In this document: positions 24,920 to 33,328 of the stretch, in pieces
How positions within the stretch are numbered: the first letter of the stretch is position 1
Layout: each line of letters starts with the position of its first letter
IMG/VR virus record: IMGVR_UViG_3300013001_000001
Location: 1 to 43,280 of that record
Direction: 5' to 3' (one strand)
DNA: 43,280 nt
Source: a virus
The notes under the pieces: generated by a model
What the model was told of the DNA's origin: nothing
Databases searched by the model: none
What the model saw: the letters and a program-made list of their open reading frames with translations, nothing else
Made by a program: the position numbers and the translations under genes

Positions 24920-26673
24920 CAGACACCCACCATGATCGGATCATCGAAGAAACCGTCCACGTCGCCCTGATCGCTGAGATCGGTGGCAGCGCCGACAGAC
25001 ATGGCCAGCGCGACCACGCCGTCGATGCGGCCGGTGGCTTTGCGCTTGGCGAAAATGCGGTTGTCCTTCTGGTCGGCTTCGAGCACGGCGCTCGCGGCGT
25101 TCCAGCGCAGACAGGGATTGGCGAGCACCTGTAGCTCGGCCGTGGTGATCAGTTCCTCCAGCAGCTCGATCGAGCGCGGCATCCAGAGGCCGGATTGCTG
25201 GGATTGGGCATAGCCCTGGCCGTGCGGGAACAGCAGGACCTGGATGCCCTGGGCGTCCATTTCCGGGATGAAATACTTGATCCGGTACGGGTCGAAGGCG
25301 ACGCCGGCCAGGTTGAACATGGCCGCGAGCTCACCCAGGCGCTGGGCCACGACGCCGTAGTCCACGGCCTGGCCCGCCGGGGCATGGACGAAGCCCTTGC
25401 GCCGCCAGGCGTCATAGGGGACCCGGTCAGTGCGCTCGCGATCGAGCAGCGTGTCGCCCGGGGTCCAGAACTCGACGAAGGCCCGCTTCTGCCGCGGGAA
25501 GTAGAGCGCCAGCGCGGTAAGGTCGCGGGTACCGGAGAGATCGAGGCCGCCATAGCAGGTCTCGCCGGCGAGGTCTTCCAGGGCGAACTGCGCTTCGCAC
25601 TTCGTCCAGGTCGCCTGCGCGATCCAGGGCGTGGCCGCGTCCACCCATTCGCAGAAGTTGAGCCGCCGAACGATCGACTCCTTGCCCGGCATGCCCCGCG
25701 CCTGCTGCACCTGCTCGCGCAGGTACTTCATGCCGAAGGTATGGCCCAGCGAAGGGTTGGCCTTGCCCCAGCAGCTCTCGTCCTTGAAGGGGTCATCCCC
25801 CTCATCCAGCGAGCAGATGAAGGCGAAGAACGAATCGTCTTCGAGGCTTCCTTTAGATACCTTTTTGCCATACTCGTGGTACTCGTAGCAGACCGAGGTG
25901 CGGTCATGCCCCGAGTTGGTGATCATCAGGATCAGCGCCTGCCGGCGGCCCTTGGTGCCCGCCCGCATCATCTCCACGACGAAGTTCGTCTTGTGCTCAT
26001 GCACCTCGTCGATCAGCGAGCAGTGCGGGCGCGGACCCGACTGGCCATCGTCCGAGCTGATCGGCTTGAAGAACGACCCCGTCTGCAGGAATGCGAGGTT
26101 CCAGACGTTGAGCCCGGTGCCCGACTTGCTCAGGCGCTTCGAGAGGGCCGGCGACTGGTCCACCATCGCCACCGCATCCCGGAACAGGATCATCGCCTGG
26201 TCTTTTTTGGTGGCCGCGGCATAGACCTCCGCTCGCGGCTCCTGGTCGGCGGTAAGGCAGTACAGCCCGATGCCGGCCGCCAGGGGCGACTTGCCAGAGC
26301 CCTTGCCCGACTCCACGTAGGCCATCCGAAACCGGCGGTACCCATCCGGCGCCTTCCAGCCGAAGATCGAGCCGACCACGAAGGCCTGCCAGGGCAGCAG
26401 CTTGAAGGGGACGTTCTCGAAGTCGCCGCCGTTGAGGCGCAGCACCTGCTCGAAGTAGTCGATAGCGCGGTTGGCCGCCGCCAGGTCCCAGGACAGGCCC
26501 CGGGCAGGCCCCTTATCCAGGTCGCGAAGGTGACGGGCACAGGCCGCCCGGATGTCCGGTCCAGCAAGGACCTTTCCGCTGCTAACGTCCAGGGCATAGG
26601 CGGTTGCCGGATCAGCCGAAGAATTTGTCGACCGGGTCTTTTTCGCCATTCTCAGCCGCGTTGACCCGGGCAC
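24919..26673 (-). CDS. terL: Terminase large subunit; start GTG 26673 or ATG 26649
   Basis: Walker A-like VESGKGSGKSPLAAG. Position after the P27-family TerS. Both candidate starts overlap the terS 3' end. Confidence 0.88.
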   Translation of the reverse strand: MPGSTRLRMAKKTRSTNSSADPATAYALDVSSGKVLAGPDIRAACARHLRDLDKGPARGLSWDLAAANRAIDYFEQVLRLNGGDFENVPFKLLPWQAFVVGSIFGWKAPDGYRRFRMAYVESGKGSGKSPLAAGIGLYCLTADQEPRAEVYAAATKKDQAMILFRDAVAMVDQSPALSKRLSKSGTGLNVWNLAFLQTGSFFKPISSDDGQSGPRPHCSLIDEVHEHKTNFVVEMMRAGTKGRRQALILMITNSGHDRTSVCYEYHEYGKKVSKGSLEDDSFFAFICSLDEGDDPFKDESCWGKANPSLGHTFGMKYLREQVQQARGMPGKESIVRRLNFCEWVDAATPWIAQATWTKCEAQFALEDLAGETCYGGLDLSGTRDLTALALYFPRQKRAFVEFWTPGDTLLDRERTDRVPYDAWRRKGFVHAPAGQAVDYGVVAQRLGELAAMFNLAGVAFDPYRIKYFIPEMDAQGIQVLLFPHGQGYAQSQQSGLWMPRSIELLEELITTAELQVLANPCLRWNAASAVLEADQKDNRIFAKRKATGRIDGVVALAMSVGAATDLSDQGDVDGFFDDPIMVGV

Positions 26674-27091
26674 GCGCGGCCGGCGACATGCCGAACTCGC
26701 TGGCGTACCGAACCATATCCGCGGCGGCCTTGTTGGCAGCGCCCACCAGCGGGTTCTGAATCGGGTTGTTGTTGGAGGTCTTGATCATCAGCGCGTAGTT
26801 GACCGGATCCCGCTCGGCCATCTTCGCCAGGGCGCGCTCGGCCTGCGCCCAGCGGCCATAGGCCTGGCAGTACGCGGCCAGCACGGCGCGATCCAGCTCG
26901 GTCATCAGGCCGACCTGGTACAGGGTGTCGATCACCCGCCCCCATTCCACCTTCGCGTCATCCGACAGGAAGGTCGGCGGCGCAGGGCGGGACAGGTCCG
27001 GGCGGGCTTCCTTGGCATTCATCGGGCGCTTGCCCGGGTTCCCCTTGACCAGCTTCAGCGCGGTCGGGGTCGGTTTACGGCCAGAGGGCAT
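26612..27091 (-). CDS. terS: Terminase small subunit, P27 family, 159 aa
   Basis: MPSGRKPTPTALKLVKGNPGKRP...LSDDAKVEWGRV...AAYCQAYGRW is the P27-family signature. Confidence 0.85.
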   Translation of the reverse strand: MPSGRKPTPTALKLVKGNPGKRPMNAKEARPDLSRPAPPTFLSDDAKVEWGRVIDTLYQVGLMTELDRAVLAAYCQAYGRWAQAERALAKMAERDPVNYALMIKTSNNNPIQNPLVGAANKAAADMVRYASEFGMSPAARARVNAAENGEKDPVDKFFG

Positions 27092-27110
27092 GGGAGGTCC
27101 TACTGAGGCG

Positions 27111-28484
27111 TTAAGCCTCGACTGCGGCAGGCAGACGCGGCTCAGCGGCCACCTGCTCGAATAGCGCGCTATCGGATGCGCGAACGGCTTTCTCGCCGGT
27201 GAAGTCCTGCCAGCGCCGGATGATCACGTCGACGAAGCGCGGATCCAGCTCCATCAGGCGAGCCTGGCGGCCCAGCATTTCGCAGGAGATGAGGGTCGAG
27301 CCGGATCCGCCGAACAGGTCCAGCACCAGGTCGCCCTCGCGGGTGGAGTTGCGCAGCAGGCGCGACACCAGTTCCACCGGCTTCATCGTGGGGTGGTCCG
27401 CGGAGCGCTTCGGCTTCTCGACGCGGATGATGGTGCTCTGCAGGGGCGCGGCCTTGAGGTTGGTACCGGACAGGACGATGGCCTCGCCGCCGATGCGTGC
27501 TGTTATGGTGCCATCATCGTTCTGCGTGAAGACCGAGCCGCCCAGCTCCAGGACGGTGGTCTGCTTGCGCCCGCCGTACCAGCGGTGCCGCGCGCCAGGC
27601 TTCCAGCCGTACAGGATCGGCTCATGCTGCCACTGGTAGTCCGAGCGCCCCAGCACCAGGCTGTTCTTGGCCCACACCAGGCACCCGCTGATCTTGAAGC
27701 CGGCCGCCTTGAAGGCAGCGCGGAAGTTCAGGCCCTCGGTGTCGGCATGGGCGACGTACACCGGCGCGCCAGGCTTGAGCACGTCCATGGCGGCCAGGAA
27801 AGCGTCCTCGAGGAACGTCCTGAAGGCTTCATCGCGCATGGAGTCGTTCTTGATCTTGCCGGCGAGCTTGGACTCATAGTTCACGTTGTACGGCGGGTCG
27901 GTCCAGCAGGCATCAGCCAGGTGGCCCTCCAGCAGCGCGCGCACCTGCTCGGGCTGGGTGGAGTCGCCGCAGTACACCCGATGCACGCCCAGCAGCCAGA
28001 GCTCGCCCGGTTGCGCCACCGGATCCTCAACCTCCGGTACCGCGTCCGGGTCGGTCAGGCCGCCCTTGGATTCTTCGGTTGCGAACAGCGCGGACATCTC
28101 GTCTTCGGAGAAGCCCACCAGGTCCAGGTCGAAGCCCAGCTCGGCGAGCGAATCCAGTTCGAGGCGCAGCATCTCCTCATCCCACCCGGCATTCAGGGCG
28201 AGCTTGTTGTCGGCGATGACGTAGGCGCGCTTCTGCGCTTCGGTCAGCCCGACCAGGGTGATGGTGGGGCCTTCCTCCAGGCCGAGCAGATCCGCGGCCA
28301 GCACCCGGCCATGGCCTGCGATGATGCCGCCCTCCTCGTCGATCAGCACCGGGTTCGTCCAGCCGAACTCCTTGATGCTTGCTGCGATCTGCTGCACCTG
28401 CGCGGGGCTGTGGGTGCGGCTATTGCGGGCGTAGGGGATCAGCGCCGCCAGCCTGCGATATTCGATTGAGAGCTTAGAAGCCAC
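27111..28484 (-). CDS. ParB-like nuclease domain fused to a DNA methyltransferase (N6-A/N4-C type), 457 aa, GTG start
   Basis: N-terminal ParB/Srx-like LIPYARNSRTHS...GHGRVLAA. MTase motif IV TDPPYNVNY. C-terminal AdoMet motif LVLDLFGGSGST. Confidence 0.85.
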   Translation of the reverse strand: MASKLSIEYRRLAALIPYARNSRTHSPAQVQQIAASIKEFGWTNPVLIDEEGGIIAGHGRVLAADLLGLEEGPTITLVGLTEAQKRAYVIADNKLALNAGWDEEMLRLELDSLAELGFDLDLVGFSEDEMSALFATEESKGGLTDPDAVPEVEDPVAQPGELWLLGVHRVYCGDSTQPEQVRALLEGHLADACWTDPPYNVNYESKLAGKIKNDSMRDEAFRTFLEDAFLAAMDVLKPGAPVYVAHADTEGLNFRAAFKAAGFKISGCLVWAKNSLVLGRSDYQWQHEPILYGWKPGARHRWYGGRKQTTVLELGGSVFTQNDDGTITARIGGEAIVLSGTNLKAAPLQSTIIRVEKPKRSADHPTMKPVELVSRLLRNSTREGDLVLDLFGGSGSTLISCEMLGRQARLMELDPRFVDVIIRRWQDFTGEKAVRASDSALFEQVAAEPRLPAAVEA

Positions 28485-28488
28485 GAAG

Positions 28489-28657
28489 TTATAACCCCCG
28501 GTCGGTTTTTCGCGGTCGTGCGAAAAAACCGGGGGCGGCGTTCGGGGCCTCCAGAGTCAGAACTCTGTCCCCACCCCCCCCGGTGCCGAAAATCTGTCGG
28601 TTTCGGACTTTTTGTTGAGAATCGTTCCCGCGCCGGAACGCCGTCAGGATCCCGTCC
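28489..28657. other. Intergenic region between the HNH and methylase genes with an imperfect long hairpin (28495..28535) and a C8 run (28574..28581); candidate cos/packaging region
   Basis: In HNH + P27 TerS + HK97-type modules cos usually lies near the HNH/terS genes. Structure seen directly; the function is inferred. Confidence 0.3.
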
Positions 28658-28993
28658 CTATCGCCAGTGGTGCCCAGGCGACAGCGGGTTGCCGTCCTCG
28701 TCGCAGCCATACTCCCCCGACTTCTCGATGCGTTGCTTCACCGAGTCGTGGCAGGGCTTGCAGAGGACCTGCCAGTTGCGCTGGTCCCAAAACAGCTCAC
28801 GGCAGCCACGGTGCGGACGGATGTGGTCGACCACGAAGCGCGGGTTGGTGATGGGATCGAAGGCATTGAGGCGACCACCACGCTGGCACTCGACGCACAG
28901 CGGGTGACGCTGCAGGAACGCCAGGCGCGCAGCCTTCCAGCGCTCGTCGTACAGCTCGTTGCGCCGGCGGGACTGCGGAGGCAGGGCAGCCAT
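28658..28993 (-). CDS. HNH endonuclease (terminase-associated), 111 aa
   Basis: CVECQRGG...VDHIRPH...NWQVLCKPCH is an HNH / zinc-finger motif. Confidence 0.88.
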   Translation of the reverse strand: MAALPPQSRRRNELYDERWKAARLAFLQRHPLCVECQRGGRLNAFDPITNPRFVVDHIRPHRGCRELFWDQRNWQVLCKPCHDSVKQRIEKSGEYGCDEDGNPLSPGHHWR

Positions 28994-29184
28994 CAGCGAG
29001 GCCGAGCGTCGTGCTCAAGGATGGCGAGCGTCATGCCGATGTTCGCCAGCTCGTTCTCGGCCAGCAGTTCCAGGGCGCGCAGGCGGAGACGTTCCACCTC
29101 CTGCTGCTCGACCGGCCCCATCATGGACACCAGGCCACGCAAGCCGATGTACACCGGGTCGGTGCTCAGTTTGGTTTCAGTCAT
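28993..29184 (-). CDS. Hypothetical 63-aa protein
   Basis: Compact ORF, ATGA-coupled to the HNH gene. Confidence 0.55.
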   Translation of the reverse strand: MTETKLSTDPVYIGLRGLVSMMGPVEQQEVERLRLRALELLAENELANIGMTLAILEHDARPR

Positions 29185-29193
29185 AGCAAGACC

Positions 29194-29532
29194 TCAGCGA
29201 AGACCAGGCGAGACACGCACGTCGCGGCGACGATCACCCAGGCGACGGTTGCGGCCCCGGATGATGGAGTCCACCCGGTGGTAGACGTAGCTGGCGAAGA
29301 ACAGGGCCTGGCCGCCGACGATGGCGCTGGCCAGGCTGGTGTTGTTGAGCCGCCAGGGTTCGAGCACCCACAGCGCCACATACCCGATGGCCATGATCGT
29401 GCAGCCCACCATGGTATGGATCACCTCCACCCGGTCATCGACGCGGACGTCGCGGGCGGTGGCGCAGAACCAGATGCAGCGGCCCACGGCCACGGCATAC
29501 CCAAGCACGGCGAGGATCGAGACGTAGAGCAT
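29194..29532 (-). CDS. Membrane protein, 112 aa (3-4 TM helices); candidate holin/antiholin partner
   Basis: Hydrophobic helices with a highly basic C-terminal tail (RGRNRRLGDRRRDVR). Second gene of the late operon. Confidence 0.55.
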   Translation of the reverse strand: MLYVSILAVLGYAVAVGRCIWFCATARDVRVDDRVEVIHTMVGCTIMAIGYVALWVLEPWRLNNTSLASAIVGGQALFFASYVYHRVDSIIRGRNRRLGDRRRDVRVSPGLR

Positions 29533-29831
29533 TACGGTTGCCCCGGCAGGAAACGCTCGTACAGGTCCTTAATCCGCCGCTCCAGCACGCCAAGCACCGG
29601 ATAGGCGAAGAACCCCGAGGTGAGGATGAGCGCCGATCGCCAGGTAGCGTCATGCGGAGCCAGGTCGCCAGTGACCTTGCCCACGAAGAACGCGGCGAGC
29701 AGCTTTGAGACGAAGAACCCGATGGTGAACTTCGCCTTGACCGGCCCGGGATAGCCCAGGCTGCACAGGCCACCCAGCGCACCGATAAGCCCAGGCAGCG
29801 CCCAAGCGAGCAGAGTCTCGATAGGGTCCAA
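29532..29831 (-). CDS. Putative holin, 99 aa (3 TM helices), TTG start
   Basis: First late gene after the Q-position gene. Three hydrophobic helices and a charged C-terminus (ERRIKDLYERF). GAGG lies 8 nt before the TTG. Confidence 0.55.
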   Translation of the reverse strand: MDPIETLLAWALPGLIGALGGLCSLGYPGPVKAKFTIGFFVSKLLAAFFVGKVTGDLAPHDATWRSALILTSGFFAYPVLGVLERRIKDLYERFLPGQP

Positions 29832-29915
29832 GGGCAGGCCTCGCTGAAGGGACCGGGCCTGGGTGCAGAGAAAGACCCGCGCACGTACCAGGGCGGGCTG
29901 CCAGGCGGCGGCAGA

Positions 29916-29944
29916 AACGAAAAACCCCGGCCGAAGCCAGGGTT
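29916..29944 (-). terminator. Rho-independent terminator just downstream of the candidate late promoter (tR'-like)
   Basis: Minus strand AACCCTGGC-TTCG-GCCGGGGTT followed by TTTTCGTTT. Confidence 0.7.
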
Positions 29945-29952
29945 CTGAAGGA

Positions 29953-30001
29953 GTTGCGCACGTTGCGCACGATAGAAAAAGACTGGCTTTTTACTCGCCA
30001 A
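29953..30001 (-). promoter_or_regulatory. Candidate late promoter (TTGGCG-N18-TTCTAT) followed by a 9-bp tandem repeat CGTGCGCAA x2
   Basis: AT-rich tract right after the Q-position gene. Tandem repeat at 29953..29970. The promoter match is weak. Confidence 0.35.
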
Positions 30002-30004
30002 AAA

Positions 30005-30688
30005 TCAAGCGGCACCTTCCTGACGGTCAATTACGGCCCGAACTGGCTGCAGCGCACGCGCCTCCAGCTCATCCGCCTTCGCCAGGTACAGGTCCCAAAT
30101 CTCGGCCCAATCGCGCTGCCAGTGGGAGACGTCCAGGGCGATCCCGGACCAGTCGGCCACCAGGCCGGCAATGCGGCCAGGCCACCACTCCTCGGCGCCG
30201 CGGCATTGCCCCCTCCAGGAGTAGAGCGCGGCCAGGCAGACCCACCAGGCGGTCTCCTTGCGGTGGCGGTGGATGTTGGGCAGATCCGTCGAGAAGAACA
30301 GGAAGCTATGCGCCCGATTCTGGTCGAGCGGCTTAGGCTCCGGGTGGTGCAGGAAGTGGCCGAGGTGCTGCAGGGGCGGCGCCAGGGTCGAGATGGCGTA
30401 CATCACCTTGCCGGCGGCGTGCATGTGGGCGGCCCGGTTGAGGCTGGTGACGCGGGACCGACCGCGCGTCTCAGTGGCCCGGATCAGCTCCATGGCCACC
30501 AGGAACTCGGCGGCGTCCTCGGCCGCGGCGCCTGAGTAGGCCGCAGGGAACCGGCGGAGGCGGCTGCGGGTGCTGGGGCCAGACTTGCGCAACTGGCGGC
30601 GCGCCTCGGCGATCGCTTCGGCGATCTGGCAGGCGCTGGGATCGTAATAGGCGTCATGCCACGCCTGACGGGCACTGATCAACTTCAT
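30005..30688 (-). CDS. Hypothetical 227-aa protein in the position of the late-gene antiterminator Q
   Basis: Last gene of the early-right operon. It is followed by a promoter-like tract plus a terminator and then the late genes. No sequence family recognised. Confidence 0.4.
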   Translation of the reverse strand: MKLISARQAWHDAYYDPSACQIAEAIAEARRQLRKSGPSTRSRLRRFPAAYSGAAAEDAAEFLVAMELIRATETRGRSRVTSLNRAAHMHAAGKVMYAISTLAPPLQHLGHFLHHPEPKPLDQNRAHSFLFFSTDLPNIHRHRKETAWWVCLAALYSWRGQCRGAEEWWPGRIAGLVADWSGIALDVSHWQRDWAEIWDLYLAKADELEARALQPVRAVIDRQEGAA

Positions 30689-31164
30689 CGCTTGGACGTC
30701 TCCAGCAGCAGGCCAGCGCGCGCGATCAGGATTGCATCAGCCAGCGCCTGGCCCTTGGTTTTCAAGTCCAGCTCCCGGAGGCCCGGGTAGAGCTGGATGG
30801 CACGCGATCGGGAGGCGTCCTTGTCCGTGCCCATCAGACCCGCGTGCTTCTTCCACGTTTGAGGCAGCACCAGGGTGTAGGGAATTCCCAAGCCAGAGAG
30901 CACGCCCTCGACCAGGCCGGCGCTGTGGCCGAAGCTGAACATCGAGTTGGGGCTTTGCTTGGGCATCGAGCCCACCAGCTCCAGGTAGGCGTGCCGTTCG
31001 CCCGTTGGGGCATGGGTCAGCACGAAAGCGGCCACTGCGGCGCCGTTTACGCGGTTTTTGGACCCTACCCGCAGCGTAGGCATGGGCAGATGGGCGATCA
31101 GCGCGCCAGCGCGATCCAGGACCGCTATGCAGCCCGTCAGGCCCGGATCGATGCCGAAAATCAC
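30685..31164 (-). CDS. RuvC-like Holliday junction resolvase, 159 aa (GTG start)
   Basis: MIFGIDPGLTGCIAVLD catalytic start. Later acidic residues E (YLELV) and D (ALADA). Confidence 0.8.
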   Translation of the reverse strand: MIFGIDPGLTGCIAVLDRAGALIAHLPMPTLRVGSKNRVNGAAVAAFVLTHAPTGERHAYLELVGSMPKQSPNSMFSFGHSAGLVEGVLSGLGIPYTLVLPQTWKKHAGLMGTDKDASRSRAIQLYPGLRELDLKTKGQALADAILIARAGLLLETSKR

Positions 31165-31322
31165 ACGCCCCTCCAGATCAGGGTCAGCAGCGCGATCAGC
31201 AGGGCGCCCCAGTAGCAGATGATCGGGGCGGGATCGAGCCAGTCCTTGCGGACCCGGATCATGACCTCGCCCAGCACCAGGCCGATCAGCATGATGATCG
31301 CGGCCAGCAGCAGCCCGTTCAA
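31161..31322 (-). CDS. Possible small two-TM membrane protein, about 53 aa (TTG start)
   Basis: LNGLLLAAIIMLIGLVLGEVMIRVRKDWLDPAPIICYWGALLIALLTLIWRGV. Coupled on both sides (GTTTGA and GTGTGA). Below the ORF-track threshold. Confidence 0.4.
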   Translation of the reverse strand: MNGLLLAAIIMLIGLVLGEVMIRVRKDWLDPAPIICYWGALLIALLTLIWRGV

Positions 31323-31591
31323 ACGACCACCCCCTGGAACTCGACGACCTCCTGCGGCTCGCCAGGCGGCTGCAACGGCATCAGCTCGGACGGCAGGTAG
31401 GGGACCATTTCCATGGACCCGTCCTGGTGGCACATCCAGAGGTCGGATTGGGCCATGTACATCCCCTGCTTGAACTGCGCGATGCCGCCGACCGGGATGA
31501 AGCACTCGACGATGACCTGCGAGCCGCGCGGGATGCCGATCTTGTCGACCAGGGTGAGGGCGGGATCGCCCGGGAAGAAACGGTCGTCCAT
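31319..31591 (-). CDS. Hypothetical 90-aa protein
   Basis: High-GC3 ORF in the nin-like region. Confidence 0.6.
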   Translation of the reverse strand: MDDRFFPGDPALTLVDKIGIPRGSQVIVECFIPVGGIAQFKQGMYMAQSDLWMCHQDGSMEMVPYLPSELMPLQPPGEPQEVVEFQGVVV

Positions 31592-31601
31592 AGCGGCGCC
31601 C

Positions 31602-31907
31602 TCAGTGGTCAGAGATTCGAGTGATATGCCCGCAGTGCTGGCACTTGGTGCGGCTCCTTTCGGATAGCCTTTTTACCTCCTCCGTATACCTTTTATGCAT
31701 ACGGAGGTAATGCGACTCCTGCTGCGCCACCTGCAGCAGCGCCCATATCGGGTTGAGCTTTTCGCCGCAGTCACCGCAGACCACCTCCCCATGGCGCTCA
31801 TCGACGTGGAACACATCGTGCCGGCAGGACCGGGGCTCCGGGTGCTTGCGGATGACCGATCGCTCGGCCTCCGGGCGCGGCGAGAAGTGCAGGATCTTGT
31901 CCGTCAT
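31602..31907 (-). CDS. Zinc-ribbon-like hypothetical protein, 101 aa
   Basis: CRHD...CGDCG...CQHCGH cysteine pairs. Confidence 0.6.
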   Translation of the reverse strand: MTDKILHFSPRPEAERSVIRKHPEPRSCRHDVFHVDERHGEVVCGDCGEKLNPIWALLQVAQQESHYLRMHKRYTEEVKRLSERSRTKCQHCGHITRISDH

Positions 31908-32410
31908 GCGTAGGGCTCCGAGGGCATGAGTTCGGCCATGGCGGCGACGTCATCGGGCGACAGGCGCGGCCAGTAGGTGTCGGCGAGATAGGCGGAGAGG
32001 CCGCGGTAGAACGCGGAGAAGTCGCCCTCCTCCATCTCGTCGAAGGCGAGGGTTCGAGGCACCCGGCGGATCAGTACACCCCAGCCCTGGAGGTCCAGCC
32101 GTTCCTCGTCGCAGTGCAGGCCAGAGTCGGCCTGCAGGCGCTTGATGCAGTCGTGGGAGCCGAGGCTTTCAAACCCCGGCACCTGGGCCTGGACCAGCTG
32201 GCCCAGGCGGTGGATCCGGCGCCACTGGCGCAGGTTGCGCGGCTTGGATATCTCCGCGCGAACGTCATCGTTGTGCTGCAGGTGGCGCGCCGCGAGCAGC
32301 ACCTGGTCGACGTCCGAACGCGGTACCAGGCCGAGGCAGATCTCGCCCGTCTCCAGATCGGAGACCTGGCGGACCCGCAGGTACACGCGATTGCGCGCGT
32401 TCCTACCCAT
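31904..32410 (-). CDS. DUF1367-like nin-region protein, 168 aa
   Basis: KPRNLRQWRRIH and RTLAFDEMEEGDFSAFY resemble the PRNPAFHRK and SLAFGSMSQEEFEQLY motifs of DUF1367. Confidence 0.55.
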   Translation of the reverse strand: MGRNARNRVYLRVRQVSDLETGEICLGLVPRSDVDQVLLAARHLQHNDDVRAEISKPRNLRQWRRIHRLGQLVQAQVPGFESLGSHDCIKRLQADSGLHCDEERLDLQGWGVLIRRVPRTLAFDEMEEGDFSAFYRGLSAYLADTYWPRLSPDDVAAMAELMPSEPYA

Positions 32411-32609
32411 CGGAGGACTCCACCTCGGGCGGGACCATGGCCGCCTGGATCTCGGCCAGCAGGCGCTCGGCCTGGCGCTGGCGATTGAGCCGATACCCCG
32501 GAGCGCCCATCAGGTCAGGATTCAAGCCAGTCCCGTTAACGAAGCCCATGTCGATGGCGCGCTCCAGGGCTTGCTGAACCAGGGCGTTGAGGTCTTGCTG
32601 GTGGATCAT
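32403..32609 (-). CDS. Hypothetical 68-aa protein
   Basis: Compact ORF overlapping both neighbours. Confidence 0.55.
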   Translation of the reverse strand: MIHQQDLNALVQQALERAIDMGFVNGTGLNPDLMGAPGYRLNRQRQAERLLAEIQAAMVPPEVESSDG

Positions 32610-33328
32610 TGTCGGACTCCGGTCAAACGTTGCCGAATCTCCGCCAGAGCACCCACCGCGAGCTCGCGATTGGGCGCCTTCCGCGGGCGGGCGGGAGGTT
32701 CGATTTTGGGCAGTGGGCGCAGCGGATCACCCTGAGAGAAGCGATAGCAGGCGAGCACGTAGGCCCGCGCGAACCGCTCGCGAGCCTCCTTGGCGTCTCC
32801 TTGCAGGAAAGTGCTTAGCCCGACCTCGTAGGCCGCATGGAAGACCGTGGTATGGCTCCAGCAGTGGTCAGCGTAGGGATGCGCGCGGTGGTAGGCCTCG
32901 ACGAAGGCCTTGGCCGTAGGCTTGAGCCCCAGCCCCAGCTCCTCTGGCCTGGGAAGGCATCGCAGGGCGAAGACCTCGGCGGTACAGACCCAAGGCTCAC
33001 CCTTGCGGCGGCAGCGTTCGATGCCGACGCGCATCTGCTCGATCGACTCGATGCCGAGGTCGAGCAGGGCCTGCAACCATTGCCGCTTGGCCGCCCCCTC
33101 GACCTCCGAATCGGGCCAAGCGCTTCGCCAAGCAGGGAAGACGCCCTTCAGCTCCGCGAACAGGGTGTCGATGATGCGGCGCGTAGCCGGGTCCACGCCT
33201 TGGCTTTCGTCGGGGGGCGGGTCATCGACATGCCGATTTGTGCGCTGGTGGGCAGAGCGCACGGGCGGCGGATCACCGGCCCGGAAGGAATCGAGCAGAT
33301 CCAGCGATAGCGTCGCGACCTTGTCCAT
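32606..33328 (-). CDS. Replication protein, lambda-P-like (helicase loader), 240 aa
   Basis: IIDTLFAELKGVFPAWRSAW...AAKRQWLQALLDLGIESIEQMRVGIERCRR aligns with lambda P IINGVFSQLLATFPASLANR...EIRRQWVLAFRENGITTMEQVNAGMRVARR. The C-terminus NRELAVGALAEIRQRL matches NRAQALAKIAEIKAKF. Confidence 0.8.
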   Translation of the reverse strand: MDKVATLSLDLLDSFRAGDPPPVRSAHQRTNRHVDDPPPDESQGVDPATRRIIDTLFAELKGVFPAWRSAWPDSEVEGAAKRQWLQALLDLGIESIEQMRVGIERCRRKGEPWVCTAEVFALRCLPRPEELGLGLKPTAKAFVEAYHRAHPYADHCWSHTTVFHAAYEVGLSTFLQGDAKEARERFARAYVLACYRFSQGDPLRPLPKIEPPARPRKAPNRELAVGALAEIRQRLTGVRQ

